Below, in pieces: positions 56,895-64,000 of a stretch of DNA of 64,000 nt. Location: the NCBI GenBank assembly GCA_963693365.1, contig CAVNZM010000014.1, positions 3,100,001 to 3,164,000 on the forward strand. Direction: 5' to 3'. Origin of the DNA: Amoebidium appalachense (Eukaryota > Protista > Ichthyosporea). Made by a program: the position numbers and the translations under genes. A model generated the notes under the pieces. The model was not told where the DNA came from. It saw only the letters and a program-made list of their open reading frames with translations, and did not search any database. Numbering within the stretch: position 1 is the stretch's first letter; each line of letters starts with the position of its first letter.

Positions 56895-58709
56895 TTAAAT
56901 CAGCTTCCTATTGGTCAAAGCCTCCACCCACTCCACCCACTTTTTAGTTTGAGTGTCCACACCAAACCTCTCCACAGCTCTATCCCTACACTTCTTCCTA
57001 TCAATCGACCTAATAGCCCTCATAGCTGAGGCCAAGCCCTCCGGACCCACTTTACCAAAACCGTCTACAGATTGAACATTCGAAATCCCCGTATTTTCAG
57101 TTCCCGTTTTACCGTTGGAACTAGTCGCATTCACCAAAAACCCCGTAATCCCGTACTCTACGACCTCTACCGCCGCGGCTTTTCTATACGCAACGACAGG
57201 TGTGCCGGTGAACATCGACTCAGCCATCACCATACCGTACGCCTCATCCCAATTGATGGGCATCAAAAACGCATGACATGCACCCAGTAGTCTTTGGAAT
57301 TGCTCCGTTTTCAGATATCCCACATGGAGATAGAAACGGGGAAATTTTTTGCCGTTGCCGTATCTTTCGTTTAATTCCTGCCAGTACGTCGTGTTTTCAA
57401 TGACTCCGGCTATTAGAAGGAAACCTAGCGGCCGGTTTTCCGCTCGTGCACGTTCGTTGTAGATAAGCACTGCTTCCATAGCATCCGCGAGACCCTTTTC
57501 CGGGGTTATCCGGCCCGCCCACCCAAATGGCACCACAATGACATCCGTGAACATAGAATGGGCCTCAACGGCATTGAATCCACTTGTTGCACCCTCGACT
57601 GTTTGCCACGTTTTATGCAAAAGTTGTGCGGTTGTCGTGTTTGGTCGCTCCTGGAAAACATACTGGTGGGGATCGAAGGGAGGATACAGGACTCGAAGTC
57701 GGCCCCCATGCGCTTCACTCGCCATGATCAAACCACTGCTTGCACTCCCACTAGTTGCAACCATGGGGCCACCATTGATAACGCCGTCGGCGTGTGCACG
57801 TGCAGGACCCAAAGAAGGAATGGGTTTGGGCTCGAAGGTTGACATTTGGAAGAGCGACGCAAACGCGATATTTTCGGGATGGAGCCGGGCGTATGTGCGT
57901 ATCTCGCTATTCAGCGTGTCTCGAGAGGCGCAGAGATTTACAAAGTGCCCCACCGAAACTCTCTTCGTGTGGCTTGCTTCACCACTGCGGGGTTCGTTTG
58001 CAGAAAGAAACGCGAGCCTAGTGAGATAATAGGAGAGCCAGTCATTCGAAAAATTCAGAATAAGGCTCTCATCGGGATCGTTTGCAACGGAAGAGAAAAC
58101 GGCGTCCCACATGCGCACGAGTACGGAATCATCGGAAAGACTTTCGGGGTCACCTGCCGACACTTTTGTTTGTGATGTCTCCCTTCTCCCTTTTATGGTC
58201 ATCAATGAAAACTTTTGCCGATCGGAAAGAGGGTTAGGTTCCTCATCATGCCCCAGAAGGTCCCATCTTACCACGGATCCCTCAACACATACTATGGTAA
58301 CATTGGCAACAACCGGGTGTTTGCTTAGTTGTCTAGCGACCAGCCATATCATGGCCTCACTCCCTCCCGTTAAACCAAACCCTATCGGTTCAACCGGGGA
58401 GCTCACGATGATGATGTGGAGTGATTGTCGACCATGGGTTTGGATTTGGTTGCTATGTAGTGTAGGATAGATGAAGGTTGGTGGTTCTTGTGCATATGTG
58501 GGAGAGAAAGTGACATGTTGTGTGGGTCGTGAGTGAGGACTGAAAATGTTTGTGTTCAGGAAGGACGTGGCCCATTCTCTCAAGATGGGTGAAGAAGAGA
58601 AGGACAAAGCTTGGTGCGAACAAAAGAGAAAAATAAAGGCAAAAGTGAATATGAGGCATGCGCGAGTAAACGCTATGCGCAGCTCTGACTTGATGTGAAG
58701 CCTAAGCAT
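56895..58709 (-). CDS. Intronless GT4-family (GT-B fold) glycosyltransferase with N-terminal membrane anchor
   Basis: About 604 aa from ATG 58709. Motifs GWAGRITPEKGL, WDEAYGMVMAESMFTGTPVVAY (E-x7-E) and EVVEYGITGFLV; hydrophobic segment near the N-terminus. Confidence 0.9.
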   Translation of the reverse strand: MLRLHIKSELRIAFTRACLIFTFAFIFLFCSHQALSFSSSPILREWATSFLNTNIFSPHSRPTQHVTFSPTYAQEPPTFIYPTLHSNQIQTHGRQSLHIIIVSSPVEPIGFGLTGGSEAMIWLVARQLSKHPVVANVTIVCVEGSVVRWDLLGHDEEPNPLSDRQKFSLMTIKGRRETSQTKVSAGDPESLSDDSVLVRMWDAVFSSVANDPDESLILNFSNDWLSYYLTRLAFLSANEPRSGEASHTKRVSVGHFVNLCASRDTLNSEIRTYARLHPENIAFASLFQMSTFEPKPIPSLGPARAHADGVINGGPMVATSGSASSGLIMASEAHGGRLRVLYPPFDPHQYVFQERPNTTTAQLLHKTWQTVEGATSGFNAVEAHSMFTDVIVVPFGWAGRITPEKGLADAMEAVLIYNERARAENRPLGFLLIAGVIENTTYWQELNERYGNGKKFPRFYLHVGYLKTEQFQRLLGACHAFLMPINWDEAYGMVMAESMFTGTPVVAYRKAAAVEVVEYGITGFLVNATSSNGKTGTENTGISNVQSVDGFGKVGPEGLASAMRAIRSIDRKKCRDRAVERFGVDTQTKKWVEWVEALTNRKLI

Positions 58710-59014
58710 TTTCAAAGGCTAGAGCTCACAAGGTTTAACATGAAACTTCTCCATGACACTTATTGTTAGCACTCGGATACGGTTTGAATGCAGCACTATG
58801 ATGGTGAAAAGTCAAAGATTTGGGGCACCTGCGTAAGCCCATTACATGCAGCCAGGACCTTAGTGTACGTCACCCCCGCTTCATGGTCTATGAGTGATGA
58901 TGATAAGAAAATACCGTGTTTGTAGCAGTGCCACGGATCCCAGAAACTGTGTCTACATACTGGGCTGCTGGCTTGCTGCACGCTGTTAGCTGTTGCAATG
59001 TGCCTACATGTAGT

Positions 59015-59376
59015 CACTGGTCGGATGCATGTGGGGTCAAAATGGCCCTAATAGCCCTGATAGCCTTTCGGTACGTTGCATACAGGCCTATGCAGCTAAT
59101 TTGGCCATGTAATCTGAGTCGGCGCCGCGATTGGTAAGACTGACCAATCGAGGCCCAATCGAGATCTAGAATCAAATCGGTCTAGCCAATCAGGCCTCTA
59201 GGGCTATTTGGGCTAGTTTAGACGGACTCCCTCCCCCCCCCCCCCCCCCCTTCTAAACCGCGGGTGACTCAGGGCTAAATGTACGACGATTGACAGATCG
59301 CCCAATCGCATCGATAAATATCATAGATCGCCAGGGCTAAAAGGGCCAATTTAGCCCTACATGCATCCGACCACTG
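59015..59376. mobile_element. MITE with ~45-bp imperfect TIRs and apparent AGT target duplication
   Basis: Left end caCtggtcggatgcatgtggggtcaaaatggccctaatagccctg versus right end (reverse complement) caGtggtcggatgcatgtagggctaaattggcccttttagccctg; flanked by agt on both sides; internal gggcta/tagccc sub-repeats. Confidence 0.7.
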
Positions 59377-61290
59377 AGTGGCTAATTTATCCAATCATTC
59401 CTTATGCAAATGATTGGATTGTTTTATTTCAAATTCGCAAAAATCATTATGGGTATGCTGTTTGGTATGCAACGCACATTCCTACGCCAATCCACGCTCC
59501 ACGCTCCTTTGCAACGACCTCTCATGTACTACTACCAAGAGGTGTCTCTGGATGTAGGTTGTGTGCGCCAGCGCACATCAAAGCTTACATAGCAACAAAC
59601 ACATATAGTGCTATAAATAGGTTAGTTATATGAGTATTACATTCTTATTTCCAACGAGCGGGCTCACGTGGCTGGAATGAAAAAATAAAGCACTGAGCTC
59701 CGCGGAACTTTCATACGCGTGACTTTTCAATCATCCTATTCGTCAAAAACAGCACTTCCTTCCACTTCCTGTTTTGAGTAGCCAATAAGAACGCGGCAGC
59801 TTCAAGCAAGCTCCGGGCTCACAAACTTCACCGTGACAACTGACAAGCTCATGAAGGAGGCGGGGTGAATAACTAACGAAGCATTCTTTGGGCAACTTGT
59901 GAACGATCCTGATATAGGCTATATTAGAGAACGCTGAATGGGACTCGTGCAGTTAGCTGTATAGAAGAATTTATGCATGAACTGCGCTTTAGAACTTCAA
60001 AGGCATGAGGAGTATGCCAACACGATAGGCAAGAAACCAGAAGATCGTAGATAAACGGCAGAACGAACGAATTGGCCACCTTGAAATGGTTGTTTTATGG
60101 CATAGGCATAGTTCTGGATTCAGCCTCACCAGCTCGATGGAGTACATGGTATCGTTGATCAAGCAATCCCATTGTTCTAAGGAACTTCTCGACCACTGAA
60201 GTGGTGCTGGATTCAGGAATTCATCGTTGCAATCACTTTAGGTATCTACCTGGGAACAGGAGAAAGATCCCTTTGACATCTTTGTGTCGGGAGGTAACCG
60301 ACTTGCGATAACAGGCGTTCATTTGTAGTTCAAGAAGATTTAAATGGTGATGAAGCAATGCTGCGATATATCATGAGGATTCTATGTGAGTGCAGTCTCC
60401 CCCCCCCCCCCCCCCCCCCCCCCCCTCCTCCTCCTCCTCCTCCTTTCTTCCCGCCACACCCCTGGCACCGCCCCACTGACCCCCATATTTTCGTTTTATG
60501 TTTACCTCTTCTATAACATAGGGCTTTTCCCCTCCAATACAGCATGGTGGTGCAACATCTTGCTCCCCCTCACCGCCCCACTCTCCACCCCTCGCCCCCA
60601 CCAAAACACACCCGCATAACAAGCAAACCCACACCCCACCAGCCTGCAATCAAGCGCTATGCATCTCCCCTCTTCTTCTTGTAGCGCCCCCCTCCCCCCC
60701 CCCCACCCCCCACCCCCCCATCTCCCTCCTCCCCTCCCTCCCCCTCCTATACACACACACTTCATATACCCACCCAACTACCCCCTCCCCCCCCCCCCAC
60801 CTCCTTTCCGCCGCTGGAAAAAAAGAAAGAGAGAAGACCCATGCTGCACTAGTTTTCACTTCCCCTCATATCTACACCCCCTCCTCCTTCCCTCCCTTCC
60901 CCAAGTACCTTTTTCGAGCCCCCAACCCTCTTGAAATGCCACTGATAATGTCTCTCTTCTCTGCTGTCCGTCAGTTTGTCCGTTCTAATTTGTATGTGCT
61001 GTGTTGTCAATTCTGTGCAGCACTGGGTTTGCTCTAGAAAGGTCTAATTTCACTCTCCATGAGCCCCCCCCCCCCCCCCCCCTCCCCCCTTTTCCTGCCT
61101 CCTCCTCCCCCACCCCCTTTCCCCCCCCTGCAGACTTTCACGTTCCCTTCTTTTCACGTTTGTGCTACACGACAGTCCCCTTTCCGGCAATACATTGCTT
61201 CCCCCCCCCCCCCCCCCTCTCTCCCTACCTCCCTGCCCTCCCCTCTCCAACTCCCTTCACACACACACACACACACACAAAACACACACA

Positions 61291-61330
<40 letters not shown>

Positions 61331-61433
61331 CCTCCCCTCCCCCCGCCCCCCCTCTCCCTCCCTTTCTCTCCCCTCCCCCCTCCCTCCCTCTCTTTGTGCC
61401 TCACACACACACACACATACACACACACACACA

Positions 61434-61504
<71 letters not shown>

Positions 61505-61693
61505 CTCTCCCTCTCCCCCCCCCCCCCTCCCATCGCCCTCTCTCCGCCCTCACCCTTTCTTCCCCCCCCCCCCCTCCCTCTCACACTTGCTACCCCCCCC
61601 CCCCCCCCCACCCACCCCCTCCCCCGCAAAAACAGCACCACCTTTCCAATCAAGTGCTTCTTGAAGGCTAGGCACCATTTTCGCAAAAACAGC

Positions 61694-62273
61694 ACCACCT
61701 TTCCAATCAAGTGCTTCTTGAAGGCACCATTTTCCATTCTCTCATCTTGTCCGTCTTTACAATCAAGCCTGCATACTGAAAGCACACGGTTTCTCCAATC
61801 AGCGCTACTCTTCCTGGCCGGCCTCCGCCCCACCCTTTGCACAGAGGTGGGGGCCGAAGTATCTGACCAATATCAGAGGGTGGACACTCTGAATTTGAAA
61901 GGGAAAGGTGTGTTTTTGATGTGACAGCCCCCCTCCCCCCTCCCTCCCCCCTCCCCTCCCCCCCCCCCCCAGCCCTCCCCTCCAGTACCCTCCCTTTTAT
62001 CTCACCCGCTGTCCCTCCCTCCCTCCTCCCCCCTCCCTCCCTCTCCGTTACACTCCCCTATACCTCACCCGCAGCCTCTCCCCCTCCCCCTCTCCTTCCC
62101 CTCTCCCCCCACCCCTTCCCCTTTCACCCTCTCTCCGTTACCCCTTTACTCCCCCTTCGCCACCTCCTGCCACACCTTGTTGCCCTGACTGCTCCTCTCC
62201 CGCCTGGCCCCCTTCCCCCTCTCCTCCCCTTTCAGCTTCATGAGCCCTCCCTCTCCCCATCCCCCCCCCCCCC

Positions 62274-62304
<31 letters not shown>

Positions 62305-62653
62305 ACCACCACCACACACACACACACACCTCCCCACCCCCCTGCAGCTTCGTTTTGCATGCAAGATGAATGGGTCGAGATTTGGATACTTTGGATGACT
62401 TGGGCCCTTCTTGGATAAGTTCACTTGTAATGCACAATCTTTGCGTATGCTATGTAAAACCTGCATTGTGTGGTGTTGTCGTGAATGTATACCTCGTTCT
62501 CTGTAACGCATTTCAACCCATCCCCCCCCTCCCTCCCCCCTCCCCCCCTCCCTCCCCTATTTCTTTCCATCCCCCTCTCCCCCCCTTCCTCCCCTCCCAC
62601 CCCGGGGCGTTCCCCTTCACTGGCTGCCTTGATACCCTTGGGGGTGGGTGGGT

Positions 62654-62698
<45 letters not shown>

Positions 62699-63056
62699 AG
62701 AGGGAGGGGGGGGGGGGGGGGGGGGTTATCGATTTATCTATGTCGCACACAGGCACCATAAACCCTTAGGAAGTCGGTGTCGCCATGACCCTCTTTACCT
62801 TCTCCATGAAATTATTTAAAATAAAATGGAAAAAAATAATGATAAAAAAGCTCCTGCCTGGGCATTTCTCGAGGTTATGTCAAGACTTTGTCGTATTGCT
62901 CTGCTTTGCTTTCTTTCTTTTTCTCTTCTTCCTCTTTCTTCTCTTTTCCTCTCTCTTTACCTTGCTTTTTTTTTTGGTCCCTCGTACTAAAGCATACATC
63001 CTCCCCCCACATCCCCCCTCACCCCCCCCCCCCCCACCCACCCCCCCCCCCCCCCC

Positions 63057-63092
<36 letters not shown>

Positions 63093-63276
63093 CCCCCCTC
63101 CCCCTTCTTTCCCTCCCTCAAATCACACTCATCCCCAAAACTATCTACATGTGCATCCCCTGTACATGCAAGCAGCCGAGACCTGTGTCTGTAACGAGGG
63201 GGCTGCCATTGCCGATCTTCACTCGATATTGGACGGAGACAGAGACGGGGTCGTTAACGAGGATGAGTCAAGCCAG
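61694..63276 (+). CDS. Partial exons of a putative EF-hand-containing protein
   Basis: Candidate exons at about 61694-61908 and 63176-63276 join in phase 1. The second encodes DGDRDGVVNEDE (canonical EF loop, 63232-63267) and ends at CAG|GTAT. Gene ends are undetermined. Confidence 0.4.
62366..62520 (+). mobile_element. Degenerate family X copy
   Basis: gggtcgagatttggatactttggatgacttgggccc...tgcaca...cctcgttctctgtaacgcatttcaa then C-runs. Confidence 0.65.
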
Positions 63277-63420
63277 GTATACCTCCCCCCCCCCCCCCCC
63301 CCCCCCCTCCCCTCCCCCGGCCTTCTTCCCCACTTCGCCCCTCCCCCCTCCCCCCCTCCCCCTCCCCCCTCCCCTCCCCGGCCTTCTTCCTCACTTAAGC
63401 CCCCCCCCCCCCCCCCCCCT

Positions 63421-64000
63421 CCCTGAGGATGGGCTCTGCTTATGACGCATACTGTGCACATGGCTGATGTTGCATACTTGAATGTTTGCCTTTGCATGTG
63501 TCCTGCACCATGCTTCTCGTCGTGTATGCGTACTTTGTACCGTGTTCCGCATTCAAAACCCCCCCCCAGTCTTCTTTCAGAGGTGTCCTTTCAGGACAGA
63601 CCACTGTGTGGAGACCGCTTTACTTCCATGCAACCGGGCATGGTTGCTCTGTGTCGTGCATCTGTAAGCACATACACATTTTTCGCTGCACTGCATTAGT
63701 TTGCACACACATCTTCACCGTTTTGCTCACCTTGCTTGCATAAGCAACCCTGCTCGTCTTTGATCAAGACGGGTTGACCCGCCCAAGCTCAGTTGATGCT
63801 GCTGTCTGAGTTGGAGTGTCGTATATACGCGGGCTAAGGGGTCGAAACTCAGACGCAATTGATGACTTGGGTCCTCCCTGAGGATGGGCTCTGCTTATGA
63901 CGCATACTGTGCACATGGCTGATGTTGCATACTTGAATGTTTGCCTTTGCATGTGTCCTGCACCATGCTTCTCGTCGTGTATGCGTACTTTGTACCGTGT
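63421..64000 (+). mobile_element. Family X element in tandem (pseudo-LTR) arrangement, running off the window
   Basis: 63421-63545 is repeated identically from 63876 (period 455 bp); the first repeat ends cattcaaaa plus a short C-run; structured domain at 63738-63900. Confidence 0.85.

Noticed and set aside
59850-60390. Coding exon or TE ORF
   Set aside because: Multiple stops in the frames examined and no recognisable motif; may be decayed coding DNA but cannot be assigned.
63859-63881. Box C/D snoRNA or SECIS (TGATGA...CTGA)
   Set aside because: Only 12 nt between the boxes, no terminal stem, and box C is not conserved in the other subfamily.

Overview
Intron-rich eukaryotic DNA, probably a unicellular opisthokont/holozoan-like protist (inference only). 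It is saturated with (CA/TG)n, (GA/TC)n and C/G homopolymer tracts, so almost all ORF-track entries are low-complexity artefacts. Genes reconstructed by hand: the 3' part of importin-7/8 (+, 13 exons, ends 8834), DNA polymerase alpha subunit B (-, 46530-31812), two near-identical arylamine N-acetyltransferases in inverted orientation plus a truncated third copy, two intronless secreted Cys-rich paralogs of an unrecognised family, a two-Kazal-domain membrane protein, a GNAT acetyltransferase, an intronless cyanobacterial-like GT4 glycosyltransferase and a partial EF-hand gene. Mobile DNA: an internally deleted Helitron, a TA-flanked TIR element and a MITE. The most notable system is a family of at least 14 non-coding, mostly 5'-truncated, poly(C)-terminated repeats with a pseudo-LTR tandem arrangement (Penelope-like, non-autonomous). 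These carry a covarying pseudoknotted RNA domain containing hammerhead-like core strands in a non-canonical order, and every intronic copy is co-oriented with its host gene.
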